Origin: Vairimorpha necatrix
Lineage: Eukaryota
Length of the DNA: 64,000 nt
Direction of reading: 5' to 3'
NCBI GenBank assembly: GCA_036630325.1
Contig: CP142726.1
Coordinates: 868,001 to 932,000 of the forward strand
The notes beneath the pieces are model-generated. The model was not told where the DNA came from and searched no databases. It worked only from the letters and a program-made list of their open reading frames with translations. This document shows positions 48,091-58,912 of the stretch, in pieces (within the stretch, counting starts at the first letter, position 1; every line of letters starts with the position of its first letter). Made by a program: the position numbers and the translations under genes.

Positions 48091-49295
48091 TTCAAAACCA
48101 AGAAATTTGAGTAAAAAGACTTGAAGTTTGATATATTGTCGCATATATTAGACTTAGATCTTGTAATAAATCCTAAGTATAACGAACAAATATTCTTGTA
48201 TTTTTGTATTCGTCAACCAACATAAAAACGCTACGGCAATATAAGTTTATGTAAGATAATTATTAGACCATTTGGTGCTAAAAAGTAAGGAATTATACAT
48301 AAGACCACACTTAGGAGAGGTGTAGAAAGCCAGTAAAATTCCGAAACTTCGCATGAGGCATTAGGAGCTCAAAAGTTTATATTCAAATTGCCTATTTGAT
48401 AACATGTCTGTTTCATAATTTGGTCTAGACATGCTTCATGTTATCGCCCTATATTATAATTTAATTTCGGATAACAAGTTGAAACTAATTAAATCTTTAA
48501 ATATGTTTGTTTAAATAATTATCAAAGTAGAAGTTTTCTTATTTTAAGTTTGTGTAGATAAAATATAGAACAATGAGAATTAACTCAAGATTTCTGATCA
48601 ATGTGTGTCTCTTGTCGTGATAATTCACGGAAAATGCTTGCTTACTATTTCTTAATAATATCTTAAGGATAAAGCCACGGCTTAACTTCTTTTTATTTTT
48701 AAATTAATTGTATTTATAAAGTTATAAATAGATTATATAACTACAGATAAATATAAATTCTTAAAGCACGCTGCTCAAATAAAATTTTTGAATTTAACAT
48801 ACAAGCTAATAAAATTTGTACACCTACCTATGGAAACAGTATTTGTCGTCGATCTTGGAGTATACACATAATATTGGAATATTTATATTTGACAATACAA
48901 CAATTGAACTTATAAATCTGTGATATGTACGTTATAATAGAAGAATTATATCAAAATCTGGGACTAGTTGTTAAGGTAAAAGGCTAATAAAAATTTTTAG
49001 GCACTTAATTTTCCGCAGAATATCATAAAAGAACGAAATAGCCCACCTATCGAATTTGAAATTTATATAACCTGATTTCAAGTAATGCCATTAAAAATGC
49101 CTACCTAATAATAAATCAAAAAGGGGTTATTTCGGCTTCTCTATGTAGTCTTTTTTTCAAGATTTTTTGGTATAAATTGATAGTTTGTTATTGGCCTAAA
49201 TTAAATTATTCCTTATGAGAAGATTTATTGTTGGCATATGTTATTTAACTACATCATTGTAAAAAAAAATATAAAATTTACATTGACGAATTAAA

Positions 49296-49676
49296 TTAGA
49301 AAAAAAAACATAAATACGACTTGCTTGCAAATCATGTGGCTTCTCTCAATAAATATAAGCCGAAATATATCTTTATGTAATGACTTAGGATGGAATAGTA
49401 ACTAATTTTCTTCGCGCGCATACCAAAGAGCTCCAATTAGAACCCAGAACTGAAGTATAAATACAAACAAGAGTTCTTAAAATGACTTTTTAAAGCCTAA
49501 CTATGTCGGTCAGATATGGGCTTGATACTGTTCAAAGGGGGGTATATGAGAGTCAAATATGTGAATTTCAGGAGGAACTCCGGGATCTGTCAGAAGAGAC
49601 TGTAAGCGTATAATATTAAAAGTAATTAGTAAGTAAGATAATATAATATACCCAAAAAAGTAATTTTATTTTTTTA
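49296..49676 (+). mobile_element. RLE-type LINE 3' fragment
   Basis: aaacataaatacgacttgcttgcaaatcatgtggcttctct...gagactgtaagcgtat aligns with 62108-62480. Confidence 0.88.
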
Positions 49677-49707
49677 CATTCACGAATTTTATTTTTGATA
49701 AATACAA

Positions 49708-50199
49708 ATGTCAAATGCCCCTTTCATGGTGTCGTCCTTCTTAGAAAATATAAACACTCAAGAAATAAAAATAAGAGTCTTTTTTAAACATAAAATAGAA
49801 AATTTCGGATTTCTTGTAAGTGAAACATATAAAGACATAGAAGCCGGAACTAAGGTCGATGTTCCACTGTACATTGCTCAATTTCTAATAGAAAATAATC
49901 ATTGCACACTTGTCAATCCAATCCTTTCAGAGGAAACTGAAAACGATTTGAAAGCCAACTCGTCAATAATTAATCTGAATTCTCTATACAAAGAATTTTA
50001 CAAATTTATTGTAAATTTCAAATCTAATGATTTTGTTCTAAATATTATGTTTTCGAGGTATACTATACTTTATAAATTGATACTTAAAGAACAACTTGAT
50101 GAAGATGACGTATTTATGTTAGACAATAGTGAAAAAAAAATTATAAAGATGGCAAGGAAAAAATATTTAATGTACAGGGAATATTTTATAAAAAGTTGA
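49708..50199 (+). CDS. PSF3: GINS complex subunit Psf3
   Basis: F...IENFGFL......I..GTKVDVPLYIA, DLKANSSIINL......FY and LDNSEK match the Psf3 pattern. The start may be ATG 49726, after a CCCC motif. Confidence 0.72.
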   Translation: MSNAPFMVSSFLENINTQEIKIRVFFKHKIENFGFLVSETYKDIEAGTKVDVPLYIAQFLIENNHCTLVNPILSEETENDLKANSSIINLNSLYKEFYKFIVNFKSNDFVLNIMFSRYTILYKLILKEQLDEDDVFMLDNSEKKIIKMARKKYLMYREYFIKS

Positions 50200-50313
50200 A
50201 ACAATAAAAAAAATTTACTATTGTTCAAATTTTTATAATCAAAAAATTTTAAATTTAACTATATCTTTTATACAAATATGTAGGTGAATTTCAATTTTAA
50301 CTCTATTTTTAAG

Positions 50314-51079
50314 TTTTTTTTCTTGCAAGTAAAGGTAGAAAAACCTTAAATAGGGACCAATTTGGGTGTGATCCTCATCAACTGGTACTGTGAGATTCTT
50401 ACTCACTAAAACTTCCTCCATACTACTTGCCGGCGCAGCAAGCTCCGCCGTATCCATTGGACTTTAGCACCAGGAGAACACTTTCCATTTATGCCTCAAA
50501 TCGCGTCCAGAGTGACCTCACAGCGGATATACTTAACGGGCATGGTTATCTATAACCCGAGAAGAGACATCATCGTTCTGACTCAAAGGTCCCTACAATC
50601 ATCTGTATTGCACACACGGCTCCTTTCACGACCACATCACCAGCCTGGCATTTTTATTGGGCTGCGTTGACCACTAGTCTCTTACTAGTTTCGGCCACCG
50701 TGTTACAGAAACTTGCAGGATAGGGTCCACGAGACCTTCTATTGCCCTACTTCATCTAGTCTCCTAGTTAGCTCTATAATCCCACTCTATAGTGCGCCAG
50801 CCATGGGCCCAACTAGGCCATACCTATTTGATATTTTTATGTATCATTAAGTCATTACAAGGGTGATACTGTTTTTTTTTTGAGGTGCGTTTTTACACTA
50901 GATGCTAATCCCCTTGTGGCTGGACACACACAAGTTTCATTGAATCAACTTATAATTTCTCGTGGACATTTTCATCATCCGCATCATACAAAACAGGAAC
51001 AATTTTGGCGCCCCTGGGAATCGAACCCAGCCATTGCTCAATGGAAACATCGCCTTCTACCACTGGGCTAAGGGCGCCC
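50314..51079 (-). mobile_element. Full-length tRNA-derived SINE (766 bp)
   Basis: tRNA-like head, ~690-nt body, A8 tail and exact 13-bp TSD ctctatttttaag (50301-50313, 51080-51092). Confidence 0.92.
51006..51078 (-). other. tRNA-like SINE head with Pol III A and B boxes
   Basis: GGCGCCC/GGGCGCC acceptor stem, TAGCCCAGTGG A box, CTGGG-TTCGATT-CCCAG T arm; non-canonical anticodon arm. Confidence 0.85.
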
Positions 51080-51244
51080 CTCTATTTTTAAGGAGAAAGG
51101 GAGAACTTCGATGTAGAACTTTCAATAACATATGCTAAAAAAATACTTTTAAGGTCTAATTCGACTACTTATTCTAATATATATATATATATAACAAATA
51201 AAATTTTTTAAATTTTTTATATTTCTAATATAATAGTGTTATTA

Positions 51245-51383
51245 GTATGTATAATAATCGAAATAGGAATAACCTCCCAGGATAATTTACAGAAAGTAGA
51301 ACAGGAAAAACTAGAAAGTACGATATCTTAGCAAATGAATTGGGCCTAATGTACAAATTCAAAGTTCAAATAATATCATACGT
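51245..51383 (+). mobile_element. RLE-type LINE fragment, left part (continues after the hAT at 57207)
   Basis: IIEIGITSQDNLQKVEQEKLEKYDILANELGLMYKFKVQII.YV. Confidence 0.8.
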
Positions 51384-52789
51384 CGGGGGTCGGCAACCTT
51401 TTTGAAATAAAGTTCGGAATGGGTAATTTCAAAATCTTAAAACGAAAAACGGGCTTAAGCTCAAGAAAATATTTTAGAAAATATAAATAAATGCTCTGGA
51501 AATTTTTTAAAAAAAAAACATTTTGTAGCGAAAAATACGATTATGTTTTTTTTCAGTATTTTTTCAAAGATAGACATCATCAACAAGTATAAATTTTTTT
51601 ATATTAAAACGAAAATTATAATTAAATTTTTCTTACAAGAGTTTTCTTGAGTGATTAAAAGAATTGATAAAAATAATTTTAATGGTTTTATATAGATTTA
51701 ATAGATATTGTTTTGACAAGAATGAGAAGCAACTTTCTTCATAATTACTACGAAAAGAGGTTTAAATTTTGTTTTCGATTAAATCTCGAAGAAATAACAA
51801 AAATTAACTACGTGTAGAGAAATACTAAGAAACAATACTTTTTAATGAGAAACTTGATTTTGCATGTCATCTGCAATTTGTCATAATTAATGATATAAGA
51901 TGAATTGGCAGCTCTTAAACTGTTATCTAAATGTTTGTTTGTAAGTTGTGTTCGAAATTTTAATTTTAAATACGTCATATTCGAAAAAGAGCTTCACGAT
52001 TATATGTGGTTTCACAATATGAAAATATTTTGAGTTGCACTATTTCTTAAAATGGAAAAACTATTATCTGAAACCAATTTCAAAAGTCCTTGTCTAAATA
52101 ATGAGATTTTAAAACTATATCATTCTTCAAATTAATAATTTCAATTTCTAAGTCGTCCATGTTAACTATATGAAAAAAATTAGAAATTTTTACTGGTAAA
52201 TCAGAATCAAAAACATTAAAAGGATTAACAAAAAATGGAATTAATTCCTCTAATGATCGAAAATCATGAAATTTTTTAAAAAACTCAATCAATAATAAAT
52301 CTATTGCGCCTATGTACGTTGTAGGATCGAATTCATGAATACTTAAATTTATTTTTTCAATTATTAACTTAGTATTTTGAAAATGAGATAAGGATTTCTT
52401 CATCAAATGTATTTTAAAAAGTTCTAACTTATTTGCAAAAGAATTAATTAAGCTTATCATATCTGCAATATGTGAATTCTTTTGTTGTAATTTTAAATTT
52501 AGTTCATTAAATTTCATTGTGATATCCGCTAAAAATCCAAGATCTAATAGCCAACTTTTGTTTTCTAATTCTATATAAGTTTCATTTCTCATTGCAATAA
52601 ATTCCTTTAGTTGAGGTAAAAGCTTAATAAAGCGTTCAAGAACTTTGCCTCGGCTAAGCCACCTTACTTCTGTATACAGAACTAAATCTTTTAAATCTGC
52701 GTTTTCTTCCTCCATAAGCAGCTTAAACGGCCTATTTTGAGTTGCTTTGGCTCTTATCGAATTTATAATTTTAGTAACAATTAATAAAA

Positions 52790-55700
52790 TGTGTTTATTT
52801 TCCATAATAAGGAGAAAAAATAATAAGGATATATAACATCCCCCCTCCAAGACGGTAGTCTCATACTAGAACTCATTAATCCCAAGCAGACCTTTTAAAT
52901 CATAATGCCGCTTTTTCACGATCCTACCATTTTCCAAACTAACTAAGTACGAGTCACCTCCGCAAACTTCCTTGATAACACCATATCCTAAAAACCTTCC
53001 TTTCTCATACTTACTACAACCCGATAAGTTCTCTTTCTTCGCTACCCTAACTCTCTGACCTTTATAGAATTTCTCTCTTTTGCGAGCCACAAACCTCCTA
53101 CTATAAAATCCTTCAGGTCCATTCTCGATCATAACATGGCCCGTTTCGTCTCTTGAGGCCTCAAACGGTGTACATCTCAACCCTTCATGATAGCTGTTAT
53201 TATAACGCCATATACATCTATTAACCTTGGCTTCAAAATCCACAGCATCATCTTTCAATATTCCTTCTCTTATGGTTCCTATTACCCTTTCCACTCTTCC
53301 ATTACTTCTATGACTTTCTACGCTTACTTTCCTATGTAATACATTTTCCTCTGAACACCAATTCCTCATATATTCATTACTAAATTCTTTACCGTTGTCA
53401 GTAATTATTTCTACCGGTTTCATTCCTGATCCACACAACTGTTTTAAAAATCCTACAACCGAGCTTCCGCGTTTGTCCTCTATTACTTTTCCCCAAACGA
53501 TCCTAGTATAATAATCAATCACGACCAACACATATTTCCCTAAATCTCTAAACTCAATCAAATCCAAAGCAACCTTTTCCAAATAAAATCTTGAACTAAC
53601 AAAATCACAACCACCACTCTTTTTCCTATTATGTATTTGGCAAACTTCACACTTCTTTAAAACATCCTCGATATCCTTCTTCATACCCGGCCAATAAAAT
53701 TCAAACTTCATTGCATAGTACACTGGTCCTAAACTTCTATGTCCCAAATTTTCATGAGCATTGACAATTAAACCTTCACGCAATTCTTTCTTTGGAATCT
53801 CCGCTTCTCTACCAGAGTCAAATACCCAAATTTCCTTTCCATCAACAACTTTAACATGCTTGTCCCATTTACCCTGTGCCTGTTTAATACTTCTCTCCTT
53901 ATTCATTAGCGTTTTCTCATTTTCATGTACCCTACTCAGTGCATCTGCTACAACCATGGTACTAGGCTCTATATATTCAATGCTAAAGTCGAACTCTTGA
54001 ATCTTTTCAATCCACCTGTTAATTCTATTATTGTTAAATGCTGGTTTATTTCTAATCTCGATCAATGCCTTATGATCAGTTTCTACCCTAAATCTTCTTC
54101 CGCGTAGTTCATATTCAAACTTTTTAATTCCCCAAAAGACTGCATACATCTCCTTCTCACTGATTCCATATCTCTTTTCCGTAGGCGTAAACTTTTTTGA
54201 TGCCCACTGTACTGGTACCCAATTACCTTGATCATCTTCCTGCATTAAAACAGCACCCATTCCAACATTACTCGCATCCGTGCGTAACAAAAATTCCTTA
54301 TTATAATTAACAATTGCTAAACCTTTTAAATCCCTAATCACTTCCCTTAAACTAATATATTCTTTTTCCATTTCTTCTGTCCATTTCCAATTACTTCCTC
54401 GTCCTTTAAGAGAATCCGTCAACGCCAATGTACGTTTTGCATAATTATCAATATGATTTCTAAACCATCCAGCCAGCCCAAGAAACTTCCTAACATCTGA
54501 TACACACTCCGGTTTGGGAAATTCTAACGCTTCATTTTGCTTTATTTCAGATGGCAGTATCTCCTTGCCATTAACTGTTACTCCTAACAACATCACCTCT
54601 CGTTTACATAATTGAACCTTAGCCAAATTAATTTTCATATTATTCTCCTCTAATATATCCACAGCCTCTTTCAACAATTTGTCGTGACCCTCTCTTGTCT
54701 TACTATGAATCACAATATCGTCCATATAAATTTCGATTCCCTTACCAATAAATTTTTCAAAAATCCCATTCATTATTCTTTGTAATATCTGCGGTGAGTT
54801 TTTAAACCCCATGACCATCGAATTCCACTCGTATACCTTTTTATTAAACTCAAAAGCCGTCTTAAACCTATCCTTCTCTTCAATCTCAATACTATAAAAC
54901 CCCTCCTTTAGATCTATCACGGTAAAAAATTCAGATCCCTGTGTACTTCTAATAACATCTCTTATCCTAGTTAACTCATAAGGGTCCTTCTCTACAATGT
55001 CATTAAGAGCAATTAAATTACTTACTAATCTTATATCACCATTCGGTTTCTCAATCGCTCTAATGGGATTTCTCCAGTCAGATGTCGACCTTCTAATTAT
55101 CTTTCTTCTTTCCAAACTATTAATATAATCTTCCGTCTTCTTCAACAAAGCCTGAGCTATAGCCTGCCCTTTTTTAACAACTTTCTTGCCTTCTTGAGTC
55201 TTGATAATACATTTTTCAACCTTACAAAAACTAATATCTTCATCCTCTCTTCCTCCTACCCGTGAAATAATCTCCTCTAAATACGCGATGCCTCTTACAT
55301 CCCTTCTCAACAGAACTCTCTTATTATTGTCCCTTTTGCTATAATCTTGTATATCCCCTAAATTTTTCTTCTTACGTTTCCCACCATCAACATTATAATA
55401 ATCACATTTGTCCGAATTGGAATCGTCATCACATTTACCCTCTAAGTCTAATTGCACTTTACATTTACCAACATAATTAAAACTACTTTTATTTCTTCTG
55501 TCTTCAGAATCTCGCCTCATTCCCCTACAAAATCTAACACTATGGCCTAACTTCCCACAATTGTAGCAACGCATATTCTTTTTATTTTCCTCACGAGACA
55601 ACTTATTCTTCTCCTCAAATTTAGCCCATAACGCTAGGGACAACTCTTCAAATTCTTTTTTTCTCACTTGTTCCTTTTCCTCCTGAATAGCTAGCAACTC

Positions 55701-55973
55701 TAATTTTTCCTCAATTTCCTTCCAACTACCCTCTTGCGAGATCCTCTCAACAATAAAATTTCTCAATAAAATAGAACCTCTCCTAAAAATTTCTAACTTA
55801 AATCCACACTCATCAATTTTCTCTAAAAACAACTCATAAACAATCCTTTTAACCTCTTTTAATAATATTCTAGCCTCTTGGCCACGGTCCTCCTTTGTAG
55901 ACCCATTTTCTGGTATCGCCCCCATGTGTTTATTTTCCATAATAAGGAGAAAAAATAATAAGGATATATAACA
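52790..55973 (-). mobile_element. Complete Ty3/Gypsy LTR retrotransposon with 49-bp LTRs
   Basis: Identical TG...CA repeats 55925-55973 and 52790-52838; 5-bp TSD taaaa; PBS TGGGGGCGATACCAG abutting the 5' LTR; PPT GGAGGGGGGA abutting the 3' LTR. Confidence 0.95.
52866..55940 (-). CDS. Gypsy single-ORF polyprotein (short Gag with CCHC knuckle, RT, RNase H, integrase)
   Basis: CYNCGKLGHSVRFC; IDLKEGFY, YMDDIVI; TDAS, EKE, TDHKAL, ADALSR; H...H...CEVC, LDL/TDNGKEF/NGRVER. Start is ATG 55940 (inside the LTR) or ATG 55925. Confidence 0.93.
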   Translation of the reverse strand: MENKHMGAIPENGSTKEDRGQEARILLKEVKRIVYELFLEKIDECGFKLEIFRRGSILLRNFIVERISQEGSWKEIEEKLELLAIQEEKEQVRKKEFEELSLALWAKFEEKNKLSREENKKNMRCYNCGKLGHSVRFCRGMRRDSEDRRNKSSFNYVGKCKVQLDLEGKCDDDSNSDKCDYYNVDGGKRKKKNLGDIQDYSKRDNNKRVLLRRDVRGIAYLEEIISRVGGREDEDISFCKVEKCIIKTQEGKKVVKKGQAIAQALLKKTEDYINSLERRKIIRRSTSDWRNPIRAIEKPNGDIRLVSNLIALNDIVEKDPYELTRIRDVIRSTQGSEFFTVIDLKEGFYSIEIEEKDRFKTAFEFNKKVYEWNSMVMGFKNSPQILQRIMNGIFEKFIGKGIEIYMDDIVIHSKTREGHDKLLKEAVDILEENNMKINLAKVQLCKREVMLLGVTVNGKEILPSEIKQNEALEFPKPECVSDVRKFLGLAGWFRNHIDNYAKRTLALTDSLKGRGSNWKWTEEMEKEYISLREVIRDLKGLAIVNYNKEFLLRTDASNVGMGAVLMQEDDQGNWVPVQWASKKFTPTEKRYGISEKEMYAVFWGIKKFEYELRGRRFRVETDHKALIEIRNKPAFNNNRINRWIEKIQEFDFSIEYIEPSTMVVADALSRVHENEKTLMNKERSIKQAQGKWDKHVKVVDGKEIWVFDSGREAEIPKKELREGLIVNAHENLGHRSLGPVYYAMKFEFYWPGMKKDIEDVLKKCEVCQIHNRKKSGGCDFVSSRFYLEKVALDLIEFRDLGKYVLVVIDYYTRIVWGKVIEDKRGSSVVGFLKQLCGSGMKPVEIITDNGKEFSNEYMRNWCSEENVLHRKVSVESHRSNGRVERVIGTIREGILKDDAVDFEAKVNRCIWRYNNSYHEGLRCTPFEASRDETGHVMIENGPEGFYSRRFVARKREKFYKGQRVRVAKKENLSGCSKYEKGRFLGYGVIKEVCGGDSYLVSLENGRIVKKRHYDLKGLLGINEF

Positions 55974-57206
55974 TAAAATATGATTAAAATTAACACTTTT
56001 TGAAAATAAAACTTGTTGATGAATTATACAGTGATATGAAATATACTTTGGAAACAAAGAATCTTTTCTACATAAACCAATAAATCCGTTTTCTTTTCCG
56101 ACCATTGCTCGTGCACCATCAGTAGTAATAGAAGAAAGTTTTTGAAGTGGTATATTTTTATCGACAATAAATTTTTATAATAAAGAAAAAATGTCTTTTC
56201 CCGTTGTACGAGCAGTTAAATGTAGAATTTTCAAAAATCTCTCTTTAGTTGAAAAGTCATTAAATACCATTTTTATAGAAACAATATGTTGTGCTGTGTC
56301 AACTACATCGGTAGATTCAATAAGCTGAAAAGAGAAATACATACAATTTCTTAAGTCTTTACCTAATTTTGATTCTAAATTATTAGCAATTAATTCTATT
56401 ATTCTTGATTCAGTTCTAGCTGATAACTGCAACATATTAATAGCTTTTAAAATTTCTGTCTTGTTTTCAAAATCTTCATAAAGAGAATCCGCCGCTGTTA
56501 TCATGGCCTCTTTTATAATTTCTGCATCAGTAAAGGGGGTTTTCTCAGCCAACAGATGTGCAACTTTTATTGAAGCTACAGTGCCCGCCTTCGAAAGCTC
56601 TTTTGGCTTTGTAAAATATCTCTGCTGTTTTACAATTGCTGATTTAGAAGATATCAACTTACTTTTTCGCAGTTCGGAATTCAGTGGGTATTCAATATTT
56701 ATATTTTCATGCAAACCATTAAAGTGTCGTTCTAAGTTACTTTTTTGCATATTGCAAAGCTTTTGTTGCACAATAAACAAATACACTTACCTTTAAATTC
56801 TATAAAGAAAAAATCTTCTTCCCATGAATTATTAAATTGATAATTTCTTTTTTTTGAAGGTTCCATATAAGGGGCAAAAAAATTTTGTAATAAATTTTTA
56901 AAATTTATTGAATGTTGCATTAGCATGTTTTATGGCATAATTATTGTCAAAATAAATTCTAAAGAACTTTATAATTGAAATAAACAATTTTATTGTTATA
57001 ATCATCAAATGTAAGAAAATTTTTGTTGAAAGGTCTTTTTGCTTAACGGAAAGTACATCAACTCCTTATAATGTACTCCCAATATTTAGCATTAAAAATG
57101 TAATTGACCAAATTTATTTTAAAAAAATAAAATATTAAATTTTTAAAATTTCTTCTTAATGTGAAAAATGAAAACGGGCGCTTCGTTGCCGACCCCCGCC
57201 ATACGT

Positions 57207-57400
57207 CATGGCATGAGATTGAATTGTGACAAAATACCACAGCAATTATATTAATGCCATCGGCATATCGACTAGTACCGAAGCTTACATCTAAATGAGA
57301 GCTATAAATAAGACACTAAAGAGCATCCCCTTTATACACCAGCAGGGACTCGGCACAGAAGGAGGACCTGGAACCAAGAACATAGTAGATGTAGCTAGGC
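57207..57400 (+). mobile_element. RLE-type LINE fragment, right part
   Basis: Continues as IVTKYH...TEAYI...KTLKSI, homologous to IVTNFH...TEAYIQ...MTLESL. Confidence 0.7.
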
Positions 57401-58912
57401 AGTGGTGTGGCCATATATAGTGCGCGGCAGTGGAGGTAAATTGAATGAAATAAAATTGAAAATAGCAGCAATAAATTAATTATATATGTATATATAATTG
57501 TACTTTTATTATTTATGTTCCTGTATGCTTATTAATTGATATTTAGCTATTTTTAGACATGTTTGCATACATTTTATGATGTTTATAATAGTTTTTTTAC
57601 TTAATTAGTATTTAAGTAATACCGCAGCATTTTTATTGTTTTTTGTAAACATTTTTTTACATTTAAATCATAAATTTAATGAATAATTGTTTATATTAGT
57701 GTTTAAATAGCGAGATTTTATCCTTTTTATAGTATATTTTTACTACATATAGCGCTATAGCGGTAATTTTATTAATTCAAAATTTATATGCAGATTAACT
57801 ATGACTTCTGTTTATTAAACATAATATTGTATTATAACCAGAAGTCTTGAATAAAAGAATAAAAAAAATTTAAAGATTGAAACAATAAAGGGAAAGCGAT
57901 GATCATAGTGTAATGCGTTACTTTATTTTAACTTGATATTTTTTGTTTTTTCTTCTTCATATTCTTATTGCTTCGACAATCATATTTTCATCTAAAACAT
58001 AGATAAAGCTAAAAATTAATACAACAAAAAATATTGAGGTTTATAACATCACAAATATATACATTGTATGTAATATCGTTCTTATAATAATTTTTAGTAT
58101 CTGTTCAATATGCTTTAAGGTCGTATAAAAACATCAAATATTCACATAGTAACATTATTAGTCATATCTGTTGTAATTTAAGTGTTTATGGTATATATCG
58201 TAGAAAGACGTGTATAAAATGGGTTTATCCATAGAGTAATACAGAACATTGTTTGTTCGCTTCTAGTATGTACACAAGATAAATTAAAAAAAATATGATT
58301 AGATTGAAAAAAGACCATGTGTAATAAAAGTTGGATCTTCCATTAAAATTATGCTAAATATATAAGCAATAAAAATTTTATTTGTTCAATTTTTTCCCCA
58401 CAGCAGTAAAACACCTAATAAATTTGTCGATGTCCTTTAAACAACAAAAGAGACATTTAGCTATTGTTTCCAAACATATTCTTTGGATGTTAATTTATCA
58501 ACTAAAATATTTGAGCAACTAAAAACGCAATACATGAATGAAGGCGGAATCAATAAATGTACGTAAAGTGAAGAAGCCATTTATAAATACATCTATCCTC
58601 ATAGTATTTTTTATCATATACATAATATCATCAGTTTGAAGATACATTTTTGTTTTGCAATAAAAAAATTTTCATTGAAATGTCAATTTGCAAATATTTT
58701 GAACATTTGAAATATTATTTATATGCCAAGAATGAAAAAAAGAAAAAAATTATCTAAAGAACAAAACAGTAATAAAATGTAACGATATTTGACGGTTAAA
58801 ACACTCAAAGGTACGAGTCATCCCAATTAAAAACAATAAAATTCTTCAAGCTTAACTTCCCCCCCCCCTAGGATATTGACGTGTATTCGAGGGACATGGT
58901 CATTTTTGCAGT

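Larger units (their letters stand above)
51384..57198 (-). mobile_element. hAT transposon, Buster/SPIN-like, with a nested Gypsy element
   Basis: 14-bp TIRs CGGGGGTCGGCAAC; 8-bp TSD tcaTAcgt/ccaTAcgt (central TA typical of Buster). Transposase pieces C.LC...SNLERHF, STDVVDTAQ, HCIIHQQVL, EVRWLSRG, DLGFLADIT; several stops and frameshifts. Confidence 0.95.

Noticed and set aside
50970-50992. Box C-like ATGATGA just after the tRNA head (tRNA-snoRNA idea)
   Set aside because: No suitably placed box D (CTGA) or terminal stem seen.
51006-51078. Functional tRNA gene (possible CAT anticodon)
   Set aside because: The anticodon arm is irregular, and the sequence lies inside a TSD-bounded, A-tailed repeat with a second degenerate headed copy, so it is treated as a SINE head.
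52866-56105. 1079-aa ORF as a genuine single gene
   Set aside because: The first 44 aa are hAT transposase read through the 5' LTR; the Gypsy ORF starts at 55940 or 55925.
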